Below, one piece after another: positions 23,220 to 36,106 of a stretch of DNA of 64,000 nucleotides. Where the stretch lies: NCBI GenBank assembly GCA_964019335.1, contig OZ025679.1, forward strand, positions 1-64,000. Reading direction: 5' to 3'. Source of the DNA: Diplonema japonicum (taxonomy: Eukaryota > Protista > Euglenozoa: Diplonemea). Position numbers and translations under genes: made by a program. Below the pieces are notes generated by a model. The model was not told the DNA's origin. It saw nothing but the letters and a program-made list of their open reading frames with translations, and searched no databases. Every line of letters starts with the position of its first letter. Within the stretch, counting starts at the first letter, position 1.

Positions 23220-24794
23220 ATGTCGCTCTTAAGGCCGAAGTACTGGTCTGATGAATTCTTCGCTACACCTGCCCGGCAGTCAAAGCCGGGATATCCGCCG
23301 AGTTTCGATTGCCTAGTTGATGAGAAGGTGAAGCGGCATGTTTTTACGAACAAAGATATTTACGAGCTTGTGACATTCTGCATCGATGCTGATCACATGA
23401 CGCAGGAAGCCGCCCCCGTGCTTAGACGTGCTGTCGACGAGTTGTGCAAGCTAGACCTTAAAGAGACGGACTTAGGCACGCTGCTGCCCACTGTACTTAG
23501 CTATGAAGTGAAAGAACCTGTCAGGCTCGAACTGGAGAGAGTGTTGCTGCGGCACGAAGCTAAGACTAGCATTCTGCTGGTACATGTCTTGTACCAGCCA
23601 CCGAGCAGTAGACGTGCCGAGCTGCGTGTGCTGTACACGATACAGCTCTTAGTTAAAATGTGCGACCCCACAGTTAGAAGATTCGCTGCTTATAGCTTGT
23701 CGATGTTCCTGCGTAGCTGTTCCATAGTGAGTCTGAATACAACAGCAGCCAAGGCACTGCTGATGTTGTACGAGGGCAGAACGGGGGCACCATACGGCAT
23801 GCACCTCGTGAGACGGTGCTTTGAGGTCAACAGGATAAAGGGTGGCTTGCAGGGCTATGCAATGTTTGCAAATACCTGTGGTCAAAATCCCGACATGACG
23901 TGCGAGCGGTTGTGGAAGGTGATGGGTCCGGCGGAAGTGAAGTGGGGGCAGGTTCAGATCCAGCACATCCCTGTGCCGGAGGAGAATGACTTCCACGCAC
24001 AGATCGCAGTGGCGCTATTCCAGCTGGATGTAGGGGGCGTGCACGGGCCGAGGTTCGACACCGAGTACGTGGAAGAAGGGCTTCCCACTCTAGGGAAGGT
24101 TTTGAGTGAGAAACCAATCACTTTGTCGCAGTGTATACCGTTGATGGATGCTTGTGGCAGGTGCGGCGACTTAACATCGGAAAATGCCATAATGCTAATG
24201 CAAGGCCTGGGGGTGGCCATGCAGTTCCCCGACACTGCGCGCATGCTCTACAGCATGTCCGTAGACACTATGCTGTTGTCCATGTTGAGCAAGTGCTTGC
24301 GGCCCAGACATGCAGACCCAGCGTCACTCCCCAGTGAACATGATTACCTCGTGGGCCTGTACGAAGATGCAAACGCCCACGTCCCTTACCTCTCATTGCT
24401 GCTCTTTGAAGACACGGTGGTTGACCGTCCTTCTCGTTCAGCGGAGTTGGTGTTGACCTGCTGCGTCGCGTTACTGGCGTCGCTGCTGGAGAGCAACGGA
24501 CCGGCTCTCAAAGCTATTGCGCTGTCCTTCCATGCAAAGGGCTTTCCAGCACTCTTCGCTAAGTTCCACAGCGAGCAAAGCCTTCAGGCTATGTACCTCC
24601 TGTTTCTGATGGATGCAACGTTCCTGGCCGACTACACTGCCTCCAATCCTGATGTTGCCTACTCCCTCATGTGCCTCATCGACAAGTTTATTGACACACA
24701 GGAGGCGTACCATCTTCTAAAGGCGATAGCCAGCGACCCACGTGCAAGGACAATGCTTTCAAAGCGCCACTTAAAGACTTTAAAGGGGGGTTAG
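23220..24794 (+). CDS. Hypothetical alpha-helical (ARM-like) protein
   Basis: Long Leu-rich ORF; ATG just after an AG acceptor. Confidence 0.7.
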   Translation: MSLLRPKYWSDEFFATPARQSKPGYPPSFDCLVDEKVKRHVFTNKDIYELVTFCIDADHMTQEAAPVLRRAVDELCKLDLKETDLGTLLPTVLSYEVKEPVRLELERVLLRHEAKTSILLVHVLYQPPSSRRAELRVLYTIQLLVKMCDPTVRRFAAYSLSMFLRSCSIVSLNTTAAKALLMLYEGRTGAPYGMHLVRRCFEVNRIKGGLQGYAMFANTCGQNPDMTCERLWKVMGPAEVKWGQVQIQHIPVPEENDFHAQIAVALFQLDVGGVHGPRFDTEYVEEGLPTLGKVLSEKPITLSQCIPLMDACGRCGDLTSENAIMLMQGLGVAMQFPDTARMLYSMSVDTMLLSMLSKCLRPRHADPASLPSEHDYLVGLYEDANAHVPYLSLLLFEDTVVDRPSRSAELVLTCCVALLASLLESNGPALKAIALSFHAKGFPALFAKFHSEQSLQAMYLLFLMDATFLADYTASNPDVAYSLMCLIDKFIDTQEAYHLLKAIASDPRARTMLSKRHLKTLKGG

Positions 24795-24866
24795 TTTGTT
24801 GTTTACATCTCGTTAACACACTATTCTGACGTTCGCTGACTGCAATGCATCACACAGGTCGCCACA

Positions 24867-26307
24867 ATGCAGGACTCCAATCCTGGCCTGCCCAGGAGCC
24901 ACACCATGCGGAGCCCTATTACACGTGACCTGGAGATTGGCAGGCGGCCTTCTAATAGACCTGGTGTCTCGCTCGATATTGAACAAGTGGACAAGATGAT
25001 AGACAGAGCAGCTTTGGGGCCTGTCCCTGAAAGAAGAGCGGTCACAAAGACCGAGTTTAGTGCTGCAAAGACGGTAATAGAAGGTGTGAATAAGAAGGGG
25101 TTCAAAAATAACTACTGTTCCCGAACGAGCAAACTTGTTAATGAAGTCCAGACGTTTGTCCGTTCGGCATTAAGAAAAAAAAGAATAAAAAACCAACCTA
25201 ACAGAGGCGACGACAGCATACCTATCGGGTAATGAGTACGAAACAGCACGTCAGCAGTTGGAACGTGACCTTGCGGCAGCAAAAGGCCTTACAGCTGATG
25301 TTGAAGAGGAGCTGGGCAAGACCAAAGAGGAAAACAAACGTTTGAAGACAGAATACGACGAGCTGCAGAAAAAGTTTACATCCACCGACATAGCATGCAC
25401 GAGGAGCCTGAAGGAGTTCGCAAAGCTGAAGCGCGAGGTTGAAGACATCAGAGCAGAGCGTGACTCCCTCTCGAAAGAGATAGACTACCTGCTGGACGAG
25501 GTGGACGTGCTGAAGGAGAACCTCACCATTCAAGAGACGAATGTTGATACGTTGAAAAAGCTGTCAGAACGCTTGCAGGAGGACATCGCAAAATATAAGA
25601 AAAGACAAGAAGAAACCTCGGACAAGCACAGGCTAGCTATCCTGAGGATGGAGACAGAGTTAGCCAAGGATGTGGACGAGCTGAACAGGGAATACGAAAC
25701 GAAGGAAGGTGAACTGCGCAGCATGCTGCGGCAGAGTGAGAACATGCGAGAGCAGGGAGACCAGGAGTGGATGAACAGACAGTCACGCCTGGAGAGGGCT
25801 GCCAAGGATGAGGTACAGGTTAAGAATGAGGAGCTGCAGAAACTGCGCACAAAAATCGACCAGCTGCTGAGGGAGCAGATCCACACCATGAGAGAACGTG
25901 TGAAAGAAAACAAGGCGCCCCTTGAGCAATCTACCATGCCCCTCAGATCTTCCAGTGGCGAGGGGTCTAAGCCAGCTTTAGACCTCAAGTCCTACACATC
26001 TAAAGTAATGACGGAAATATCAGAAGGGAAGAAGATCCTTTCTCTTGACCTGCTGGCAAAGGGGGATGTGTTCCACTCGCCTGTTTACTGGAGGGGCGCG
26101 GGGCCTGTGCATGCTAGTGACATCGCAGCCCTTGACCTAGGCGTGAAGCTGTCCGTTGACAACACGGCACTGCTTCCCCTGCCAAGAGCGTCCAGACCGA
26201 GCACTTTCACGTCTGTCAGGCACAACCAGGAACACCAGTGGCTGTTCGGCACCACCCACGGAGCAGAGGTCGCTGTCACCTTGAGGGTCATCCCTCCCAA
26301 GCATTAG
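24867..26307 (+). CDS. Coiled-coil protein (intron near 25150-25206, boundaries uncertain)
   Basis: Heptad-rich E/K/L ORF 25258-26307 preceded by a short exon. Confidence 0.65.
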
Positions 26308-26376
26308 ATAGAATAGAATTCTTCAGCATTTTATAGTACACATAATACACATACTTAAACAAGGAACACTACAAAA

Positions 26377-27310
26377 ATGACTGAGCAAATTGGCAAGGGG
26401 TGGTTCAGTGAGGTGTCTCCGTTCTGGCCCGGTCAGGCGCAGTCCCTGGAGGTAGACGAGGTGCTGTGGAACAAAAAGAGTGAGTTCCAGGATGTCCTCG
26501 TGTTCAAGAACAAGGGCCCTTGGGGCACTTGCTTCGCGTTGGACGGTGCCATTCAGGTCACTGACAAGGACGAGTTCAGCTACCACGAGATGATGGCTCA
26601 CATCCCGATGTTTAGCCACCCCAATCCTAAGAACGTCCTCATCATTGGTGGTGGTGACGGTGGCGTGATGGGACAGGTCCTGAAGCACCCGTCTGTGGAG
26701 ACGGTGACCCTGTGCGATGTTGACAAGATGGTGCCTGAGATCTCGAAAATGTTCTTCCCCAAGCTGTCCTGCTCGTTTGACGACCCGCGTGCTACGGTGC
26801 ACATCGGAGACGGGTTCGAGTTCCTGAAGGACAAGGAAGGCATGTACGACGTCATGATCGTTGACTCCTCTGACCCGGAGGGGCCTGCCTCCACCCTGTT
26901 TGGCAAGGAGTTCTACGAGAGGTGCCGAAAGAGCTTGAAGAAGGGTGGGCGTGTGGTGACTCAGGGCGAGAGCTTCTGGATCCACTTGGACCTTATCAAG
27001 AGCATGACTAAATTCCAGAGGGATATCGGGTATGCATAGCAACCACAGACACCGACCACAGCTTCGAGAACGTTGAGTACGCCAACATCACGATCCCCAC
27101 CTACCCGTGTGGCAATATCGGCTTCTTCATCTGCGGTGACGGCGAATCGTGCTCAGCCCCAGTCCGTGAGCCGACCGAGGAGATCCAGGCAGGGCTTCAA
27201 ATGTACAGCCCTGAGATGCACAAGCAGGTATTTAGAAAAAAAAAGCAGGTTGAAAATCACAACAGTCTTTCGTGTTGCCCCCTTTTGTGAAGCGTGCCCT
27301 GCAGGAGTAG
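26377..27310 (+). CDS. SRM: Spermidine synthase
   Basis: WFSE, LDGAIQVTDKDEFSYHEM, VLIIGGGDGG and DSSDPEGPA motifs. Introns 27030-27061 and ~27228-27265 restore IPTYPCGNIGF and SFVLPPF. Confidence 0.96.
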
Positions 27311-27314
27311 TGCG

Positions 27315-27388
27315 GGTTTCTATCAATTTCGATTTACGGGTTTCCATCAATCTCAGTCTAACTGGTTTCTATCAATCTCGATCTTAAG
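27315..27388. repeat. Three tandem ~24-25 bp units (ggtttctatcaatytcgatytaa)
   Basis: Directly visible immediately after the spermidine synthase stop codon. Confidence 0.7.
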
Positions 27389-27498
27389 TGCGCCCAGTGC
27401 GCCCGTTGCTGCTACGACGCGCGGCGCAGCATTTAGACCGACAGTGTTATCATCTTGAGTATTATGTTTATTATTCTTTTTTTGTTGAAAGCAACATT

Positions 27499-29175
27499 AT
27501 GGTTTACACAACTCAAGGACATATGGAGCCACCTGACCCGTCAGGCGAGGCGCGGGACTTTTGGGTTGAGGGAAATGCCGCCATGCGGAGCGGGAATGCA
27601 GGGGATGCTGTGGGCTACTACACAAGAGCTCTTGAGTTCAGACCAACAGACGGAAGGCTGTTGTCCAATCGGAGTGCGGCTCTTCTTGCGCTAGGGAACA
27701 CAGACGCTGCTTTGGTCGATGCTGAGAAGTGCCTCAGGATGCACCCCACATGGGTAAAAGGCTACGTAAGGGCTGCCATGGCCCTGCGATTTCAGGGTCA
27801 GCACAGTGCAGCACTTGCCTATCTCAACAAAGCAGGAGCATCCAACCCAGGGAACACGGAACTGGACACACTCAAGAGCTGTACTAAAGCAGAAGATATA
27901 TTCAACCATGCCATGGCTAAGGTGGACTCGCCTAGGTCGCCGTCGAGAAGTCCTGACTATGGGAGGCACCTCAGAACAAGATCAGAAGAAGTGCCAATGA
28001 GCCCAGTGCCTAACCCCCCACCTTCCATGGAGCCAGCTCATACGCCAGGTGCGCACCGTGTGCAATGTGATGACGGCACATCTTTTATGACATACTTCAC
28101 AGCACCATCCTTAGATGGACAAGGGACAGTTATGCCTGCCCCTGTAACAGCATCGCCCCCTGCATGGCGCACCCAGAATACACCCCAACCCTCTCCACCC
28201 AGACCTCCACCTCAGCTTTCACCCGCCCAATCAGAAGCATACAACGCAAACGGTGTGCCCCCAAACAGCTCACGGTTAACACCCGTGCGCCTTGTGGTCT
28301 GTTGTCTGCTTGCGTGTATCCCGTGGATGGTTATTACACCTGGCTGGTGCCCCCCCTCGGCCCATACATTCCTCTGGGCCTTCTTCACATCCATCAACGC
28401 CGCCTGGTCAGTGCTCATTCCCATCGCCATCCCAGCCCCTCCTTCACCCCACGCGTCCAATACGGTGGGAGTTGTCATCCCCATTGCCGTGCTGGCCGCT
28501 GCTGGTGGTGTTGGAAGGCTCATATCAGGTGACGAGGGGATTGTCACTGTGCTACAGGTCTGCATGATTGTACACACACACACACGCACAGGTGTTTGAA
28601 GTACAGAAGTGCCCGTTGGTTGTCATTTGCATTGCTGCTTTGCACCTGACAGTCACTGCCTATGCATCCGACAGCCTAAAAGTTTGTACTTACCTTGAGC
28701 CTGCTGAAGTTTCGCCCATTGCGGCGTCATTATCAAAATGGATGGTACCAGGGCTGGTGTGCCAAATAGGGCTTGCGGCTACACAGGTGTACCACTGGTG
28801 CAGTGCATTGAGGGTATGTTAGTGACTTTAAGTAAATGCAAGCAGGTCGCACCCACTGTCGACTCTGCCTTGGTGCTACCGGCATCTGCCGGGCTCCTCC
28901 TTGCAGCACTCTCGTTGGGGCTGATTGGTGTGGGTCTGCGCCAAGCTGATTTAGCTATTTCCAACACCCAGAAGGCACGCCCCGTCGTGCCACTCGGGCT
29001 GCCCTCCAGGGAGTGGATATGGCTGACTGTTGTATGGAACACGAAACAAACAAAAGAAACCCACACACAAGCACAGACCGGCGTCCTTGTCGCTGCATTC
29101 ATCGCCGTCAAAAAAGACGAGCCATGTGTTTGCAGCACCTCTACCCCTCAAAGGTGGTCGGCCTTTGGCTTTTAG
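27499..29175 (+). CDS. TPR-domain (STI1-like) protein with C-terminal transmembrane segments; 3' exons uncertain
   Basis: EGNAAM..GN...AV.YYTRALE, LSNRSAA and PTWVKGYVR TPR motifs; hydrophobic C-terminal exons separated by short introns. Confidence 0.7.
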
Positions 29176-29262
29176 TATTAATCCTTGTTGTACTTTGTTG
29201 GTATTGTAAGCTGCACGGTTGTACGCCATTTGCATAGTGACCTTTAGTAGGATATTGTCAAT

Positions 29263-30606
29263 ATGAAGACCGCCATGATGCTCTTGGGTGCTGCCAGCGT
29301 TGCTCTTGCAGATGAGCAAGTGTGGTGTGTGGCACCTCCTTTGTACCGTGGCCAGCCGTTGCCGAGCTTCGAGAAGGGGTCGAATATGGAGTTTAGGGGT
29401 ACCTACCGTGACTTGTCTTTGTACCTGCGCCCTAAGTCGGAGGCCTCCTTCATGGGAGGTGCTTGCAAAGAATTCGCAGCGCACCAGTCTGAAAACAACG
29501 GACTGTGGGTGCTGGAGTTCGACTACGCGGACCACATGCAGCTGGCGAAGGAGGCATCTCAGAAGGAGGGCCTCGACGTGCTTGCATGGAGAAACAAAAC
29601 CATTGTTGTCAACGGAGGTGAGGCTGTCCCCGACCGTCTTGGCTTCGATGCCTGCGGGAGCGAAGTTAACAAGAGAGTGATCTCCGTGCCACCTACTCCC
29701 GTCCTTGGGCCCAAGCCCTACACCGCTGCCGAGAAGGCAATCCACCAGAAGTACTTGGCCAACGTGAACGCCGATGTGGTGGCTGCCCTTGACACCGTCA
29801 CGGAGGAGTACATCACCAAAACCATCGAGCACCTCCAAGAGTACAACTCCAGGAACTCGTACACCGGGAGCGAGCTTGAAGATGCGACCGCCTGGTTGGC
29901 CAAGCAGTACGAGGCGTTCGGCCTCACCGTCGAGAGGCAACACTTCAGGGCTGACATGGCTGACAACGTGATCGCCACCTTCCCTGGGCAGGGCCCCGAG
30001 CCTCATATCGTTGTCGTCGGTGCCCACTCTGACTCCAGGAGCACCAGGAACACTGACCCTCTGCAGAGGGCTCCGGGTGCCGATGACAACGGCTCGGGCA
30101 CCACTGCCCTGCTGTGCCTGGCCAATGCTCTCAAGGAGACCGGGATTAAGCTCACCCACACTCTCGTACTGATGTCGTTCACAGGTGAGGAACAAGGTCT
30201 TCTCGGTTCCAGGGCTATTGCTAAGGAGTACGTTGAAAAGAAAATTCCCGTTGATCACATGGTGAACGGTGACATGCTTGGCTACAGGCTCCCCGGTGAA
30301 CAGCCCACCCTTGCCTACATGGACAGGTTTTCGGCACCAGAAGCCACTCTGTACTCCATGGAAATCGTGCACCAGTACGTGCCCGGTCTCAAGACAGGTA
30401 TTACTACCGGGTGCTGCAGCGACCAGCAGTCCTTCCACGAGAACGGTTTCAGGTCTGTGGGTCTCTTCGAGCACCCCGGCAGCGCTGTCCTCTACCCCAA
30501 GTACCACAAGTCCGACGACCTGCTCACCTTCCTTGACACTACCCAGCTTGTCCTAGAGACCCGTGCTATGCTCGCTACCGCTCTTGTCATGGCTGAGCCC
30601 TTGTAG
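29263..30606 (+). CDS. Secreted M28 family aminopeptidase
   Basis: Signal peptide; GAHSDS, PGADDNGSG, GEEQGLLGS, NGDM, SDQ and YHK zinc-ligand motifs. Confidence 0.93.
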   Translation: MKTAMMLLGAASVALADEQVWCVAPPLYRGQPLPSFEKGSNMEFRGTYRDLSLYLRPKSEASFMGGACKEFAAHQSENNGLWVLEFDYADHMQLAKEASQKEGLDVLAWRNKTIVVNGGEAVPDRLGFDACGSEVNKRVISVPPTPVLGPKPYTAAEKAIHQKYLANVNADVVAALDTVTEEYITKTIEHLQEYNSRNSYTGSELEDATAWLAKQYEAFGLTVERQHFRADMADNVIATFPGQGPEPHIVVVGAHSDSRSTRNTDPLQRAPGADDNGSGTTALLCLANALKETGIKLTHTLVLMSFTGEEQGLLGSRAIAKEYVEKKIPVDHMVNGDMLGYRLPGEQPTLAYMDRFSAPEATLYSMEIVHQYVPGLKTGITTGCCSDQQSFHENGFRSVGLFEHPGSAVLYPKYHKSDDLLTFLDTTQLVLETRAMLATALVMAEPL

Positions 30607-30917
30607 AGGGTATTTTTGTAAATTGAGCTAACTTCTGAGAAATATTTTATAGGGGTGCTCTCTTACCACGTGTGCTTTTTGTTGTCCCTTCCCTTCCCAT
30701 TATCTTTTTTATGTTCCACTTTATCTCTGGGTTTCTTTTTTTTGCCCTGTCCTCCCTCCCTTCACATATAACTGTTCACTGAAAAACGCAAGACAAAGGC
30801 AGGCAGAGCACGGATAACTCTTGCTTGACAGCTCTTTGGGCTTGGAAAAAATTGATTAGATAGGCCTTCCATTTGTTGTTCTGCGTGTCTCCCCAAATTG
30901 AAAAACTATCGCAGGAG

Positions 30918-33900
30918 ATGCCAACAGAGAACGAAGTTGATGTGAATGAGTTCTTCGCAGGGGAGGCGAAGAGGTACTCTGCGCAGGAGCTGAGGGAGCT
31001 GAACCCTGGTGTCAGCGATGGTGGGAAACCTGAACTGGCGCACATACCAGACTTGCTAACTAGTGGCAATGAAGCACCGCCACCGCCTCCGCAGCTTGAC
31101 CTTGCGGTGGAAGACATGCTGAGCTGTGGCCCACTGCTTCCGCCTTCTATGTCGCCCAAGGAGCTGAACAGGAAGCCGCCTATCTCCGTCGCCACTGAGA
31201 GGGAACCGTCTCCACCACCACCGAGCAACCCTCTCAACGAGATCCAGGCAGCCCTGCTTGACGCTGATTCTCCTAGGTATAGCCAGGCCGTGTCGCGTGT
31301 GCAGTCGGCCATGATCAACCTCATCACTGAGAAGCGCACCGAGTTCAACGACGAAGTCGTCGGGCAGATCGCCAATATCATCCACCAAGCGGCAGTCAAC
31401 GCCACCAAGCCCTGCATCCTGGCCGACGCTGTCAAGGAAACCCTTGCAGTCACCAAACACATGGCGCTGAAGCATGGCCAGGCCCTCCACGCAGCTATCC
31501 TCGACAGATGCCAACAGACCTTCGAGCGCCGTAACAAAGTGGCGAAACAGAGGTGGCTCAACCTGCTGTGCTTCCTTGGGGAGCTCTTCAACAGGGGGTA
31601 TGTAGTGAAAACACATGAAGCAAACAACAACAACAGGCTGCTCTCGGACCAGATCCTTACTTTCTGTATCGCCGAGCTTCTCGGGCTCCCTCGCAAACAA
31701 GGAAAGATTGTTGCTGTCCAGCCAAATGACAGCGACCTCGAAGCGGTGTCTGTGCTGCTGACAACATGCGGCAAGTTGATGGAGACGAAACTGAATGAGT
31801 ACGTGGTGGTGTCTTTTTTTGACAGACTGGCACACTTTCAGCAGGTACAATACATGCTACAATAACAACAAACACAGGTCAGCATGCAGCCACTTTTGAA
31901 GGATATTCTGAATGGTCCTCTTGCTGCGAGGAGGGCAGGTTGGCCGTCTGTGGCGACTATTGACAAGCCTCGCCGTGCGGAACCAATGCCTCCTTCACCG
32001 CCGACAGTATGCTTATAGCAACAAGCAAAACAACACAGCCACCTGCGGAGTCAGTTCCTAAGCCACCGCAGCAGCTGCCGTCGCAGACGCTTCCGTCTCC
32101 ACACTCACTACCGTCTCCTCACTCCCTGCACGCGCGATCACTTCCATCACCGCATCACACTCAGGAAAAAGTGCCGCACTTTCAGGCACCGCAGTCCTTG
32201 CCCGCATCCATCCCATCGTCTCTTCCATCATCGTTAGCATCCCCTCATCAGGCACCGCCCTCGGGGCTTGGTCCTCACGAGCTTGCGCAATTACAGCAAC
32301 AGCTACTACAGCAGCAACAGCACCAAGCCAAGTTCGCGTCCCCGCCTACTGTGGTCGACAGACTGAAAGCAGCCGGAGTGGCTGAAGTACTGCTAGCGAA
32401 CGGGAGCGCTGTCCCTAGCGCCGCGCCAGTGAATGTCTCAGTGAATGCCGTTCCAACAAATGCTGTTCCTGCACCTGTCAACGGCACGCAAGTCAACCAA
32501 GTCCCACCTACGGCACTCAGCAAGCCCCTCGTTGAAGAAGAGACTGAGAAGGACAAACCGTCCCTGAACCCCAGTGCACCTGCCTTCGTGCCTGGGGCAG
32601 GGATGAACGGCGTCGCGGCCCCAACCAGATCCTTTGGCGGCGAAATGAATACTGACTTGCTGGAGCCATCGAAGGACAGGACTGTTTACGTGGTGGGCAT
32701 CGACACCTCTTTGCCTGAGAAGACGCTTCTGGATTTCGTGCAGTCGTGCGGGAGGCTGCTCAAGATAAGGCTTTGCGGCGACACCAACAACAGAACAATC
32801 TATGGGTTCTTCGAGTACCGCTCGAGGAAAGAGGCACACACCCTCATGGACCAGGACAAGAAGTCTCTCGGAAAGTACATTCTCAACTGCTCGTGGGCAA
32901 AGTCCGCTATCAGAGATGCTATGACAGGCTCTGCCAACAGCAAGGTATGCAGCACGCATTCCAAAGTACCGCTGCAGGTGAGGAACTTCCGCTTCCACTA
33001 CGACGACGATGGGTCCGAACCTGAGATGACAGAGTTGAGGGAGTCGTGCCTGCAGCAGAAGAACTGGATGCCAAGGGGCAGGAAGAGGGTATGCTGGTGA
33101 ATACAAAGTAAATGCACACACAGCAAAGCGACTCGCCTGAAGACTTCACCCACCCTCCACCGCCGAAGGAACAGACAGTGCCCGAGTCTTACTACAGGCA
33201 GCGTGCGCCGGTGAGTGTGCACACAGAAGGCCCACCTATTTTAGTTAAGAAGAAGCAGCTTGCGTCGCCAAGCAGCTCGAGCAGAGGGCTCAGCGGGGAT
33301 GACGAGGCAGGCTCGCCGATTGCAGCGACACTTCTGAAGAAGCTTGATGTGCCGAGTGAGGTGAGCGAAAGTGCTGAAGCGCTGTTGGCGGCACTGGGGG
33401 CCGACTGCTCGAAGGACGTTGCGAACGTGAGGCACGTGCTTGTGAACTGCTCGAGCCTCGACACCGAGCCTTTGGATGTGGCGATCAGGGCACTGTTCCT
33501 CACGGTGCTCAACGATGACCCTGCCAAGAAGAACATCCCGTACAGGCTGCTGCAGGCATGCTCGAAGGCGTCAAGGATCTCTGCGTACAAGTGCTGGTCG
33601 GAAGTGTTCAGAGACCTCATCCAAGTGTCGGCATGGCGTGTGTACTCAAAGCTGTGGAGCACCATCGCAGATGTGCTAGCGGACTGTGTTGTCTCGCAGG
33701 CAGACCCTCTGCTGCAGAAGTCATCGTTGATGGACCTCTGCGCTCCCATCAGCAGAACGGCCGAGTGGGAGAAGTTCAGGGGTGCCATTTCGGACTCATT
33801 CCTCCAGGTGTGCGATGCGATGCATGCAACTAATACACAACACAACACAACACAACACAACACAACACAACACAACACAACACAACACAACACAACACAA

Positions 33901-34093
33901 CACAACACAACACAACACAACACAACACAACACAACACAACACAACACAACACAACACAACACAACACAACACAACACAACACAACACAACACAACACAA
34001 CACAACACAACACAACACAACACAACACAACACAACACAACACAGCTTGGGATCGACAAGAGAGAACTCGATGTGCTGCTGCCAAAAAACTGA
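30918..34093 (+). CDS. MIF4G-like + PAM2 + RRM protein (PABP-interacting/translation regulator)
   Basis: MIF4G-like LCFLGELFNRG...LLTTCGKLME; PAM2 LNPSAPAFVP; RRM RTVYVVGID...IRLCGD...YGFFEY. Introns 31845-31877, 32007-32038, 32945-32977, 33089-33123 and 33808-34045. Confidence 0.72.
33836..34040. repeat. (CACAA)41 pentanucleotide microsatellite filling an intron
   Basis: Perfect tandem array running into the CACAG acceptor at 34041-34045. Confidence 0.97.
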
Positions 34094-34990
34094 CACGCCT
34101 AAAACAAGGGAGGCCTGCTACACGGGACTTGCCTTGAAGGGACAGGAGGTGCCACTGTGCTGCCCCTGTGTGGTGTAGAAAAGAGACAGCCGCAATCCTT
34201 TTCGCTGCTTATTACCCTCTAGTGCCTTACACCAATGGCCTTTTTGCTCCCTTGTTTACTTTTTGTTCTCTCTTCTCTTCAATCCTCCCATGCCTCCCCC
34301 TTATCAAGTGTTTTACCCCCTTCCTTTTTTCGGTCACCCCTCCCCCTGTATCCCCTTTCCTATTTTCCCCTTCTTTACACACCCCTGTTCCCCTCTTTCC
34401 CTTTTTTTCTTCTTCCTCTCTATATAGTGTGCCTCCTGTGCTTGCTTGCCATCAACCATCTCCCTTTAGCTTCGTCTTTCTATATTTCTTCTGCTTTCTT
34501 TTTTTTTGTGTTCTCTTTTTTTTTTTTTTTTAATTCTCTTCTTGATCGCAAGTTTTCTCTGTTTTTATTTCCTTTTGTTACATTGGTTAAAATTACAATG
34601 GGGATACTTAGAGTTTGGGGCGGGGAAGGGTATAAAAGGAGAAAGGTGGTGGCACATTGCACAGTGGCTGGAGACCAAGGGAAAAAAAAAAAAAAAAAAA
34701 AAAAAAGCTGCGCTGGGATAAGCGTAGCTGTCTCCACTGATTGCTCTGTTGCCCAGCAGAGCTGGGTAAAAAAAAAAAGAAGAAGAAGAAAAAAATAAAC
34801 AAAAAAAAAAGATAGCATTCCTCTATTTCCCCCCCCCCCCCCCCTCTCATTTTCCCCTCTCGCCAATTTTTATAGTTTCTACCTAAGCGGCATAAGGAGG
34901 AAAGATGGGAAGAAAAAAAAAGAATAAAAGGGGAGGAGACAAGCCAGTAAAATAAAGTTTTTTTTCAGGCACTTTATTTTAGCCCATTTG

Positions 34991-35025
<35 letters not shown>

Positions 35026-36106
35026 AAAGGAAATCGTTTACTTCAATACAAAGGTTAAAAAAAAATCACGGGCTCTTTATTCTTTTTGGTGGGCATTGAT
35101 GTTTCCCCCCCTGTTTTTTTTCTTTTTTTTCTTAGAAGTTTTTTTTTTCCGTTGCTTTTTTCCCCCTCTTTTTTTTATCACTTACACAACAAAAACAACA
35201 AACAGCAGCAGAAAGAAGAAGAAAACCTCCTTGCCACTGTACCTTTCCCCATACACCCTTTTGCCCACCCAGCATTCCCCCTGTTCTCTCCCCCCTTCTT
35301 TTTTTCGAACTTAAATCTTTTTCCTTATGAAGGCCAACCTGCGTACAGCCTTCACCCCCTTTTTTTTTCGTGCCACATCTTGGTCCTCGCTTTCAGGAGC
35401 AAAGAGTTTCAAAAACGAAATTAAAAAAAAAAGAAAAGTGGGGGAGGTCGGGGCTTTTTAAAAAAAAAAAAGAAAAGCAAATCATAGAGCCCCTCTTTCT
35501 TTTACACAAGCAAAGGGCCTGGCTACTTTTCTTTACCCCCCCCTCTGTTTCTACGGGGAAAATATTTTCTCTCCCCTCTTGGTTTTTTATTTTTATTTTA
35601 CACAAACTCTTTATAGCAGCAACATTTTACCCCCCCCCCCCTTCTTTCGCTACTTGTGTGTGTGTGTGTTCTTTTTCATAGGTTCTTACCCTTTTTATTT
35701 TATTTCATAATAAAGGGGGGAGAAGGGGCTGAAAAGAAGAGCGAAATAAAACAAAGAGGAGTAGGGCGCTTTGTGATTCCCCCATCGTGTGACAGGTGTA
35801 ATGGCAGTTCTTCTAAACAAGACGGCGACCGCCTTTGCCCTGCCTCCTCTCGGTTTCTGTCCCCCACCCCACCCCACCCGTTATCCTTCCCCTTCCCCTT
35901 TCCCCCCCTTCCCTGTTACCCATACCTCATTTCTTTCCCTTCTTTGCCTCTTCCCCCTTTCCCCCTTCGTATCCAGCCTTTACCCCCGAATCATTCTTTT
36001 ACTTACAAAGAGAAAAAAAAGAAAAAAAAACCCCCCCTATTCCCTTCCCCCTTTCTTTCCCCAAGACCTCGAGCAGGTGTGCCGCCAGCTAATCACTACA
36101 GGCAGC

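Noticed and set aside
28951-30507. 518-aa minus-strand ORF
   Set aside because: Antisense shadow of the codon-biased M28 peptidase; no motifs.
33782-34137. HNTTQ / VLCCV repeat proteins
   Set aside because: Translations of the intronic (CACAA)n microsatellite.
34168-36100. Poly-Phe/poly-Lys ORFs here and at 43.7-44.4, 50.2-53.1, 56-58.7 and 62.5-64 kb
   Set aside because: Homopolymer-rich intergenic DNA that lacks stop codons by composition.
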